A stretch of 63,731 bases of DNA, the filler included, from Octopus bimaculoides (Eukaryota), in NCBI RefSeq assembly GCF_001194135.2. It is 7 parts of 7 records of this genome, joined end to end, with 100 filler letters (N's around TTAATTAATTAA, not from the genome) between each part and the next. Parts side by side here need not be neighbours in the genome. Positions count along the whole stretch, not along the records: positions 51,295 to 63,731 come from NC_068989.1; 6 more parts are not named here. One strand, given 5' to 3'. The number at the start of each line of letters is the position of its first letter. Positions within the stretch are counted from its first letter, which is position 1. Shown here in pieces: positions 53,051 through 63,731 of the stretch. A program made the position numbers and the translations under genes. Under the pieces are notes generated by a model that saw nothing but the letters and a program-made list of their open reading frames with translations, did no database searches and was not told the origin of the DNA.

Positions 53051-53369
53051 ATTCTGAGAAAGTTAAATTGTTCACACCGAATACAGCATTCGCTCTATCC
53101 TGACTGACGTGCATTGAACTCGAAGGACGATGCCTACTTTTTCAGCTCATTGATTTTTGGGAACCATCCAAGAGTACCTAGGAATCAAACGAAAGCTATT
53201 GGCGACGACACGCTCGACTGCTTCATATCCAATCCTTTTTTTTTTATCGAAGAACTACTTAACTATTCCTAAACTCCTTTTTTCGCTGCGCAGTGCACCA
53301 CAGTCTCACCATTCAGGTCATCTCGATAAATTTGACGTCACCATTCATCAAAAGTCACTTACAAGGCCT

Positions 53370-53900
53370 TTCAATGACACTGGCTGTCATGAACTTAAAA
53401 TTTCTGATTTTCAGTGGTTTCTGTCTCCGCCACTCTTTCTCCATTGCCTTCAGTCCACGAGATGCTCTGTAATATATCCGAGCGTAATGCGGACTCTTAG
53501 TACAAGATGGCATGAACTGACCGGGTCACGACGGCTTCACTGATCTTCTGGACAATAGCAAATGTAGTTTCATGAGCACAAGAATCCAGTCATTTTTTGC
53601 CAAGCACCGTCTCAATATTCTCCTGAGTACCTCGCAAACAGAGAGTGGCGTTGTATGTGAATGCACATTTTAGATTTTGGGTGTATCGCAGTTGCTTGCC
53701 TAGCGCTCTGTCTTCGAGATTCTGAGCTGTATGAATTCCCTGTTGAGTTACTGTAAAGTTGTTCGGACTGTATCTCTCTTATCATCGCAGCAAAGGTATT
53801 TCGATGCTACTCGTTTCTCGTTCAACTTGAGCATGTTGGCCTCGATTGCAACAACCGTAGGCGACCGAGCAGGATAACCCTTTTCGCTTTTAGACGCCAT
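53370..53900 (-). pseudogene. Decayed coding-like segment, possibly a LINE ORF1
   Basis: Starts MASKSEKGYPARSPTVVAIEANMLKLNEKRVAS and continues through frameshifts and stops. More GC-rich than the flanks. Family assignment is a guess. Confidence 0.3.
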
Positions 53901-54791
53901 ATGTTGTGAGTACAAATTGCTGATCTAATATACAGTGTATGTTGAATTACATTCTACAGTGCTAATTTTCACCTGGGGCATCAAAATCGGGAGCTGCTGC
54001 ATACAACACAGAAGAGCAGAAGTTTATTAAACACCAGTCGTTATCAGACAGATTCCTTTTCGCACCAGTCACCGCTGGAAACCCCGGTTTCTTCGATTCC
54101 CATTTTGCCGCTCTCCTCCGTTACGTGAGAAGAAAAAAACCAGATGAGTTAGCGTGGCTGATGCAAAAACTGCTGGCTGTTCATCGTGACAACGATTTCG
54201 CAGTTTTGTAACCAGAGTTTTGTCCGCTCGAGGAAGATGAAATAATCTATTCGACAGAGGGTGCTGAGAATGATTCTTAATATTTTTGTGTCTACATATA
54301 TTAGACAATCTCCTATCAAAACTATTTCATAAACTAAAGTAGCACTCAAAGAGTAGGCTCCTCTTTCAGATTCAGAAATAATTCGGCCCTGAACAGTTAC
54401 TGATTATGCTTTTTCTGCAAACTTTGACTACGGATGTTTCACTGAATATGAATTAAAAAATATATTTAAAACAAACGCAGCCATGATTTTAATGATCAGT
54501 ACAGTGTATCCATGAATATACGAGTCAGTGGGGGATCTTTGTACATTATATGTTGGGAAAACATCTGTTTATTTTCAATTCTCTGCCAAGCTTTTCTACG
54601 CCATATTAGATTCCGTGTTAATGTAAACGTTTTCTAAACAAAACACCTAAACTTAATCCTCTCCTCCTCTCCTCTCCCTCTTACCCCCCCTCATTTTCTC
54701 TAGCCTGCCTCTCTCGCTCTCTCGCTCTTTATCTGTCTGTCTGTCTGCTTGTCTATCAATATATCTATCTATCTATCTATCTATCTGTCTA

Positions 54792-54835
<44 letters not shown>

Positions 54836-54980
54836 AATCTATCTATCTATCTATCTATCTATCTATTTTTTTTCTTCCCGCGATCCCTTTTGATCGAAAT
54901 TATCTCCTCCCCCAAGAAAAGCTCTACTTTGTAATTTGTCCATTTTCTGTATTTAGCCCTGTGTGGCTATAATAAAAAGA

Positions 54981-55026
<46 letters not shown>

Positions 55027-55256
55027 ATCTATCTATCTATCTAATCTATCTATCTATCTAATCTATCTATATGCCTAATCTATCTCACGGAAACTAACAT
55101 TTTACGCCAAAGTATGTCAAAAGATATTGACCCAGTTTCATAATCGACAGTGAATGAATACCACCGAAAAACCATCTCATGCGTTGGAGTGAGTGCATGT
55201 ACACATATGTTCATATATTCTCGAGTATGTAATCGCATAAATATGTACGTTTATTC

Positions 55257-55340
<84 letters not shown>

Positions 55341-55980
55341 TTATCTATTTGTCTGTCTGTCTGTCTGTATGTGTGTGTGTGTTTGTATGTGTGTGTGTGT
55401 ATCTGTGTGTGCATGCGCGTGCCTGCGTGTCTCTGTGTATTTGTGTATGTGTGTATGTATATATATGTGTATGCGTGTCTGTATGTGAAAGTGAGAGAGA
55501 GAGAGAATGATAGAAAGTAAAACAATGCGAGTGAAGGAGATAGAGGGGTGGGGGAGAGAGAAGTGAATATCAAAGGATAGAAGAAGGCTAAAAAATGGGC
55601 TAGAATGAAAAGATATCGCGAAGAAACCAAAAAAAACCCAAATATTTGTGGTGGAAGCAGGGTGAGAAAATATGAACGGGTGGCATATAAAATGACAGCT
55701 AAAACTGTGTGTGTGTATAGGAGAGAGGGCGGAATTACAAGGAGAAAGATAACGAAAGAACAGAAAAGAAAGATGTATGTAAGAGTAGAAAAGGTGTCAA
55801 ATGTTGTATAACAAGTGATAGAGAACGGAACAAATTACGACAATAACATGCTTTGAGAATAAAGAAGATTAAATCTCTGAAACATAAAGTCAACGTCTTT
55901 ATCTTTCATATTTGTGTTGTAAGGACTGGAATCACTCAGGCAGTATGTTGCTTTCTTTGACTCTCTTTCGGCAACTCCAG

Positions 55981-56404
55981 TGTAGGTGGAGTTCTCCAGC
56001 TCAGCAAAGCAAATCACTCGGAAGAAGGCCACTCCAATGAAGAACCTATTGCTGATCACAGCAGCCATTTTTAGCTCGCTGACCTACTGTGGTCAGACTT
56101 CAAAACCTGAACAATGGGATAGGATTGCGCGGACTGACACTCAATTTAAAACTACACAACGTAGGCAGGAAGAAAAACTCTGCAGCGTCATGGATCGGTT
56201 CACATATCTATTCGAGGATGTGCCGCTCTTTTTCATCATCTTCGAACATGCAGAAACTACCATCATTTGTGTAGCAGGCTTTAACTAACCAGTAATTTAA
56301 CATCACCACGTGGCTCTTGTGTGCGTTTATTGAATTCCACTTAGTTGCAAACACACGGATCGGGTTCTTAATTTGAATATGAATAAACGTTTTTATGAAA
56401 TACA
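55981..56404 (+). other. Candidate terminal exon or small ORF (56037-56288, 83 aa)
   Basis: Pyrimidine tract plus CAG at 55978-80 (alternative TAG at 55983-85); open frame to TAA 56288; AATAAA at 56382-87 followed by a U/GU-rich tract. No recognised homology. Confidence 0.3.
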
Positions 56405-56586
56405 GTTTCTTCCTTCTTATTGCACCTTCTTTGTGTGTTTCTCTTTGTAAGAGATTGCAAGTGAAAGCGATATTATACAGATGCGAGAGGGGGCTACATT
56501 CGTGAGTTACGTTTCGGAGATGTTTCTGTGTTTGTTCGACGGTTCACTGTGACCACTATCTTCAAGTTAGGTTACTAGCTGGAAAG

Positions 56587-56830
56587 TGGAGGTGCGTGTC
56601 CTAGTGGTTAGGGTGTTGGACTCCTGATCGTAAGATTGTAGTTTCGATTCCTGGATCGGGCAACGCGCTGTGTTCTTGAGCAAAACACTTCATTTCATGT
56701 TGTTCCAGTCCACTCAGCTGGCAAAAATGAGTATTTCTGCGACGGACTGGCGTCCCGACCACGTGGGGTAATTATAGGCTATGAAAACCGTGAAGCCAGC
56801 CCTTGAGAGTAAGCATGACGGGAGAAGGTG
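56587..56830 (+). mobile_element. tRNA-derived SINE family C
   Basis: GGAGGTGCGTGTCCTAGTGGTTAGGGTG (A box), GTTTCGATTCC (B box), GTGTTCTTGAGCAAAACACTTCATTTC central domain. Confidence 0.85.
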
Positions 56831-57268
56831 ATTTTTGCTAGGTGGAGTCGACAGCGCTTACGATAACAGATAACCTAGCATAACGTCCACGCTTTCACCA
56901 TGGTTTCAGAAACCTCGTAAATGTTACAGGCATTGTACTTTCTACTTTGACTTAACTATGAATAAACTAAGAAAGTTCATCAAGTGCCAGAAGATTTCGT
57001 GCTTTTTCANNNNNNNNNNNNNNNNNNNNNNNNNNNNNNNNNNNNNNNNNNNNNNNNNNNNNNNNNNNNNNNNNNNNNNNNNNNNNNNNNNNNNNNNNNN
57101 NNNNNNNNNNNNNNNNNNNNNNNNNNNNNNNNNNNNNNNNNNNNNNNNNNNNNNNNNNNNNNNNNNNNNNNNNNNNNNNNNNNNNNNNNNNNNNNNNNNN
57201 NNNNNNNNNNNNNNNNNNNNNNNNNNNNNNNNNNNNNNNNNNNNNNNNNNNNNNNNNNNNNNNNNNNN

Positions 57269-57302
<34 letters not shown>

Positions 57303-57495
57303 TACAGAAATGAGATTTCCAAAAGAAAAGGGTCCTAATCCCGAATATTGAAACACAAGGTAAACGTACAAATCGTGGACTTGTATTATTTCTTGTAATG
57401 CCTGATACTTATTTTATCGGTCTTATCTGCCGAACTGCTACATTACGGAGGCATAAACACATGAACACCGGTTGTCAAGCGGTAGTGGGAAACAC

Positions 57496-57552
<57 letters not shown>

Positions 57553-58284
57553 ATGTAGATTTAATCAAAAGATTAAATGTGGTACTTAAAATGTTTGTGG
57601 CACCGGAATTTGGTAGGGTAAAAACCAAAAACAAAATCAAGAGATTTGGTGAATAAAATTTGAAGAAAAGCAACAAAAATACATTAGGTTATAGCAATAC
57701 GTACGATTCGTACAAACTTTATTTATTTATGTAGTGAGAACACCACATAACATGTGCAATGAAAATGTACTCCTCAGCTGCATAATGGAAGTTCATTTTA
57801 GAAAGTCATTTTGTAGATGTGTGCAAATGCAAGAGTAGGAGGTGAAGAAAATACCATCTTGACTGGGCTGTTAATCAACAGTCGAGTGAATCAAACATGA
57901 ATTTAATTTCTATATATTCTAATACTTTACATGTGCCACGTCCTCGCTTTGTTGTTTTTTCTTTTTGTCTTTTTTTCTCCGTTTTTTTATTTATTTATGA
58001 ATTATATGTATATATGTATGTACGACAATATAGCGAGGGGAAGGGCCATGTAGAGAAGGAAGATGATCGGCTGAAAGTTGTATCTGTTGCGAAAGACATG
58101 CCTCGTCATATTCTACTTTGCATATGGATAAGAAGGAAAATCTCTTATCAGTGTGAATTCAATAAAACAATTAGCTAGTGACTGAGTGTATGGATTATCT
58201 CCTTTTTTGGGGAGAAGTCAAGTTTCTCGATGAACAGTTTAAGAAAGATATTTTGAATATAAGTGTTGATAGTGATGCAGAGCC

Positions 58285-58307
58285 GTTACGATGTAAGTGG
58301 TTGTCGG

Positions 58308-58360
<53 letters not shown>

Positions 58361-58524
58361 CACGACGGGCTTCCTTCAGTTTCCGTCTATCAAATGCACT
58401 CGCAAGGCTTTGGTCGACCCTAAGCGATAGTAGAAGACACTTGCTCAAGGCGTCACGTAGTGGGTTGAACCCGGAACTATAAGGTTGGGAAGCAAATTTC
58501 TTACCACACATCTACTACTGCGCC
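58285..58524 (-). mobile_element. SINE family A, 5' half
   Basis: GACGGGCTTCCTTCAGTTTCCGTCTA..GTAGAAGACACTTGCTCAAGG..TTACCACACATCTACTACTGCGCC. Confidence 0.88.
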
Positions 58525-59052
58525 TATGTATTTATGTTTATATGTGTGTGTGTGTGCGTGTATGTGTATGTGTGTCTGTTTGTATGTGTATGTATGTCAG
58601 CAGGCTTTTATGTATATCTGTGTTTGAGTGTATATATAAAGAGAGAAAAACATTTAAAATAATATTGAGTTATATATCTTATAACAAAGGCATGGCTATG
58701 TTTGAGCTCGTTCGTTTTATTAAGGATTTTCATAATTACTTCTCACTTCCTTATGTTTATACAAGAACAATAGCATTTCTAAATATATTAATCCATTAAC
58801 ATTTCAGGGCCTTTTTGTAATAATGGTATATTAGTTTACTTTTTAGTAGGTCGCAAAGGGTCAGAGGAACACTACAATGATCAATAAAATCGCCAACACT
58901 AGATTTAAAGATTATACTACTTTTAAGTTTTGGCAGATTCCATATTTTTTTTCTTTTTTAAGTGTGGTTCGTTTCTGTGTTAATTTTTGGTTTGTATTTT
59001 GCTCCTATTATAACTTCCAAAATTAGTCTTCACACTTTTTGTCGAATTCTAT

Positions 59053-59251
59053 ACTCTTTTACTCTTTTACTCTTTTATTGTTTCAGTCATTTGACTGTGG
59101 CCATGCTGGAGCATGCCTTTAGTCGAGCAAATCGACCCAAGCCTAGTACTTATTCTATCGGCCTCTTTTGCCGAACCGCTAAATTACGGGGACGTAAACA
59201 CAACAGCATCGGTTGTCAAGCGATGTTGGGGAGACAAACACAGACACGCAT

Positions 59252-59309
<58 letters not shown>

Positions 59310-59319
59310 NNNNNNNNNN

Positions 59320-59370
<51 letters not shown>

Positions 59371-59549
59371 GTATATACATATATACGACGGGCTTCTTTC
59401 AGTTTCCGTCTACCAAAACCACTCACAAGACTTTGGTGGGCCCGACGGCTATAGTTGAAGACACTTGTCCAAGGTGCCACGCAGTGGAACTGAACCCGGA
59501 ACCATGTGGTTCGTAAGCAAGCTACTTACCACACAGCCGCTCCTACGCC
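59053..59549 (-). mobile_element. SINE family A, full copy with expanded internal microsatellite
   Basis: Complete head through (CTCTTTTA)n tail. Confidence 0.9.
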
Positions 59550-61152
59550 TATATAAAATTTTTCGTAAATATTTTTGTGAATATTCTATGTACGGGTTCC
59601 TGGTCGGCTGTGCGTTCTCTCTTATAGTAGCTTTAGTGACACATTTATACATTTTGTAACTGGAGAGCATTTAGTTTTGTAGAATACGATATGTATTATT
59701 AATGTATTCTTAGTAGATACTGCTCCTATATTGTGCCCCTGCGGTTGAAGTATTTCTTGTATCTGGTTACAATGTTGTCGAATATGTTAATAAACCTCAT
59801 AAAGCAGGTTGTAACATGTATCACACCTAAACACTAACTCATAGTTATAATATATATAAGCAGCCTCCAGAATATACTTTAAGCAAACAAGTTTATAAGC
59901 AAATTTCAATGGAAATATGAAATTGCACTCTTTATGTTACAAGCTCTTGTATGAGACACGCTAATATGATACTTTTTGGTTAACTTTTGTTGAAGGTACC
60001 TTTACAAAATGAAGCCATCGCCATTCATTATAATGCTAACGTTAGCTAGCAGGACTAAAATGGATTTTTATATAAAATTCCACAATTGTGAATATTACAT
60101 TTTTTAGAGCTTTACTAATAGCAAAACACAAGCCACAAATCAACATGAACACGTGTAAAATAAATTATATCTACTAGAGATGAACAGTTGCATAATTTCT
60201 AAATTTGGTGAGCAACACAATTCACCATCTTTCATTCTAATGAAAATGAATGTCGTAATAAAGTGTTAATGGACTAAATGATTTAGGAGCATTATGGCAC
60301 TAAACTGAATATCGAGGACTAATAGAAAATATAAAAATTTCTTAATAAAAAAATGATTCGAGCTCGATACCATCTTTGAAAGAAAACGAAAAGCAGCGCT
60401 TATGACAAATTCTAGAATCTGATGTGAAGAAGGGAAAATATTTTCTTCTGACTGGCGACTAGCCTGAACACTTGCATCAAAGTGGGTTCCGCTAAGGGCA
60501 CACATAGGTCACGTGGTGGTGTTAAACTGGGAGACAGATTAAGTCCGCCGTCCATTCACAAACAATTGTCTCAACGATGGGATGTCACATAGTTTCCATT
60601 CTATGAAGTAAGTATTTCTCAGAAGCTTTTTAATACTCAAGGTCTTGACAGAAGATACTTTCCCACTGTGCCAGGCAATAGGATTGAAGACGGAACTATA
60701 TTGTTGTGAAGTGAACATATTAACCACACAGCCAAACCAATATGTTGAAATCTCTTATTTAACACTGGTACAACGCCCAAGCTTCTACTTCTATGATCCA
60801 GTGTAGTGTCGTTTGAAACAATGAATGAAAGGTTTTCATAGAAGGATTGAATGAATTCCAGTCATTATATCTATTATGTTAGCTTGGTAATTACTAACCA
60901 AATGACTTAAAGACTTCCAGTTGTACGTATAATAACACGATAGGCCTATTCTATTGGTGATGTAGGACTATACTAAGAGCCCAGATGAAACTTTTTACAG
61001 ACTTATAAATAACTCTTTAGTACGGAAGAAGTGGATTATTTTCAGAAAAGTGCTCTGTCTACAAATATGGTGACTATCAAGTATTACACCATCTCTAGCC
61101 TATTGGATATATGTTGTCAGAATACGATATGTCAAGATTGTATCATTCTTTA

Positions 61153-61320
61153 GGCAGTGAACTGGCAAAATCATTAGCTCGTCAGGCAAAATGCTTAGCA
61201 GCATTTTGTCAGTCTTTACGTTCTGAGTTCGAATTCCGCCGGGGTCCACTTGGCCTTTCATCCTTTCGGAGTCGATAAAATAAGTATAAATTGAGCACTG
61301 GGATCGATATAATCGATTTA
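61153..61320 (+). mobile_element. SINE family B
   Basis: GGCAGTGAACTGGCAAAATC..GAGTTCGAATTCCGCCGGGGTC..GAGTCGATAAAATAAG. Confidence 0.85.
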
Positions 61321-61879
61321 ACTTTCTGGACTATATTTTAGTCTTTTATGGTTAAATAGATATCATCACTCCATTTGCACAGTAACGATAATTCCTGAAG
61401 ATATTTCGAAACCCATTATACAATGCGTCTTTCGTTTTATTGAGCTGGTTGAATGTGATATAACAAATATTAGACTTGTATTTTTAGGATGTCTAGTGAC
61501 CATATAGAATATATTTGCTTTGTCATTTGTCGTAGTAGTTTCCTCGTTGGTTCCAGGATATCGGGTTTATTCGGAAGAAGTTAAAGGGTGATGTAATATA
61601 AACCGGTCAAATTGTGTATAAATGGACAGAAATCTTATTGTAAATGGATCTCAGCTGTAACAATGTCAGTTGTAGACAAATCCATCCCACGTAAACGGAG
61701 AACTTGAAGGCCTGCAATTAATTCTCAAACAACATGTCTAATCTGGGTAACATTCTTGAAATCTGCAAAACCTTCCACATTATTCCGTCTAAAGTGACGC
61801 GAATACACACACACATACATATAGACACAACACACGCACGCACACAAGCGTGCATGAAAACTTACATATGCACGTGCGT

Positions 61880-61910
<31 letters not shown>

Positions 61911-62769
61911 TGCATCCGCGACATCACGCACACGGTCGTGTTCACACACAGGCACAAATATATTTAGAATACTTAATACCCGTTGGGTTATAAATATGTG
62001 CAGTGTCACATCCATATGTTTAATATATGTCTATGTAAAATAAACATATATTAGTCTCGCTATGAAAGTCCTCGTGCTTATAAATATAGGTTTAACAAAC
62101 ATATGTTTGTGATTCCGCATATGCACACAGACGTACACACGCGCGCGCACACACACACGCGCACACACGCACAAGTATTTATGTGTGCAAACGAATTAAA
62201 AGAACACACTATACAGGAAATAGATTATATATTTATTGGGAAACAGGCAGCTATTCCTTCTGTCGTTATTCAAAGTTCACACATTGTTCGTAGGGCGCAT
62301 ATGAGGTTGGTTTTCGTTAGAGAAGTCTTGGTCACGCGATAAGAATCAGTGTAGATTGTGTAGCTATTGTTTTCGTGCAACTGTGATGTAGGGGCAAGCA
62401 AACCTTCTCGAGATTATCCTCATCAACGATATTAGCTTGAAATTGGCTGGAACTTTCTAAAACAAATTTTTATGTATACAATATAGATAGACTGTTTCAG
62501 AATTCCGTACATCAGTGGTGTGCAGTGCAAAAACGACTACGCAAATTATACTATATTTGAATAGATAGGGAAAAGAAAGAAGATTGGGTTATAAAATCAG
62601 ATACAAAACGAGTAACGAAAATTGTGAAAAACATTTACACGGATGTGGCCATGATATGAACTACTTAGAACGAGTGTCTGGAGAATGTTGATCACTGCTG
62701 CTCTTTCGACATTCACACTTACAGAATAGCTAAAGAGAGAACAACTAAAAACGGAATATACTCTGTGTG

Positions 62770-63157
62770 TGTTGTGTTGGCACTCCGTCGCTTACGACGT
62801 CAAGGGTTCCAGTAGATCCGATCAATGGAACAGCCTGTTCGTGAAATTAACGTGCAAGTGGCTGAGCACTCCACAGACACGTGTACCCTTAACGTAGTTC
62901 TCGGGGATATTCAGCGTGACACAGAGTATGACAAGGCTGGCCTTTTGAAATATAGGCACAACAGAAACAGGAAGAAAGAGTTCTAGAAAGTTGTGGTGAA
63001 AGAATACAGCAGGGTTCACCACCATCTCCTGCCGGAGCCTCGTGGAGCTTTAGGTGTTTTCGCTCAATAAACACTCACAACGCCTGGTCTGGGAATCAAA
63101 ACCGCGATCCTATGACCGCGAGTCCGCTGCCCTAAACACTGGGCGATTGCACCTCCA
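62770..63157 (-). mobile_element. tRNA-derived SINE family D
   Basis: Minus-strand head TGGAGGTGCAATCGCCCAGTGTTTAGGGCAGCGGACTCGCGGTCATAGGATCGCGGTTTTGATTCCC, followed by a distinct ~300-bp body. Confidence 0.85.
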
Positions 63158-63419
63158 CAATATACTCTGTAATATTTGAATTTTAACCGACTACACAGTG
63201 GCTTAAACGTGAAAGAATTTATTTAATACATTAAAATTTATCATACACTATCTTCTTTACCCGTCTATCCGTTTCTTATTTCTGGACATACATTTTATCT
63301 CCTGAATTGAGCAAATGTGGTATAATCTACATTACCATTCAACTTTCATCAAAGATGAAGCATAAGATGCTGGAACAGTCTGCTTTTAGATATAGATTCA
63401 TTGACGAAAGTATGAATTA

Positions 63420-63632
63420 TACTCTTTTACTCTTTTACTCTTTTATTTGTTTCAGTCATTTGACTGCGGCCATGCTGGAGCACCGCCTTTAGTCGAGCGA
63501 ATCGACCCCAGGACTTATTCTTTGTAAGCCTAGTACTTATTCTATTGGTCTCTTTTTGCCGAACCGCTAGGTTACGGGGACGTAATCACACCAGCATCGG
63601 TTGTCAAGCGATGGTGGGGGGGACAAACACAG

Positions 63633-63665
<33 letters not shown>

Positions 63666-63731
63666 TACATACATACGACGGGCTTCTTTCAGTTTCCGTC
63701 TACCAAATCCACTCACAAGTGGGTCGGCCTG
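63420..63731 (-). mobile_element. SINE family A, truncated by the window end
   Basis: Tail and body match 2895-3150. Confidence 0.9.

Noticed and set aside
53157-53543. 128-aa plus-strand ORF
   Set aside because: Antisense to the decayed coding-like sequence; starts at a non-ATG codon; no recognisable domain.
61490-61720. Plus-strand acceptor-like sites (TTTTTAG, GGTTCCAG)
   Set aside because: All frames close quickly and there is no convincing donor.

Overview
AT-rich, microsatellite-dense eukaryotic DNA with many N gaps. The repeat families and (TA)/(CA)/(TACA)/(TAGA) content suggest an octopus (cephalopod) genome; this is inferred from recalled repeat sequences, not from a database search. 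I found no intact, recognisable host protein-coding gene. Most entries in the ORF track are translated microsatellites or gaps. The recognisable content is transposon-derived: a near-full-length DD34D mariner, a DD34E Tc1 fragment, an internally deleted DD41D-like element with both TIRs, a DD37D-like fragment, a Helitron 3' end, Penelope-like (PLE) retroelements, fragments of RLE, RTE, Tx1 and CR1/L2-type LINEs, and at least four tRNA-derived SINE families. The most interesting signal is RNA-level. A PLE (28.0-29.1 kb) carries in its 3' repeat a tRNA-like A/B-box module directly upstream of a minimal type I hammerhead ribozyme, with an inverted copy of the tRNA-like module at its 5' end. A second hammerhead family sits in a ~289-bp directly repeated unit (5.3-5.6 kb) next to a 159-bp near-perfect hairpin. 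Several more decayed hammerhead-like motifs occur elsewhere. Weaker leads are a possible terminal exon or small secreted-protein ORF at 56 kb, RFX X-box motifs, and orphan exon-like segments on the minus strand. Six TTAATTAATTAA linkers inside 100-bp N spacers mark artificial scaffold joins, so adjacency across them is uncertain.
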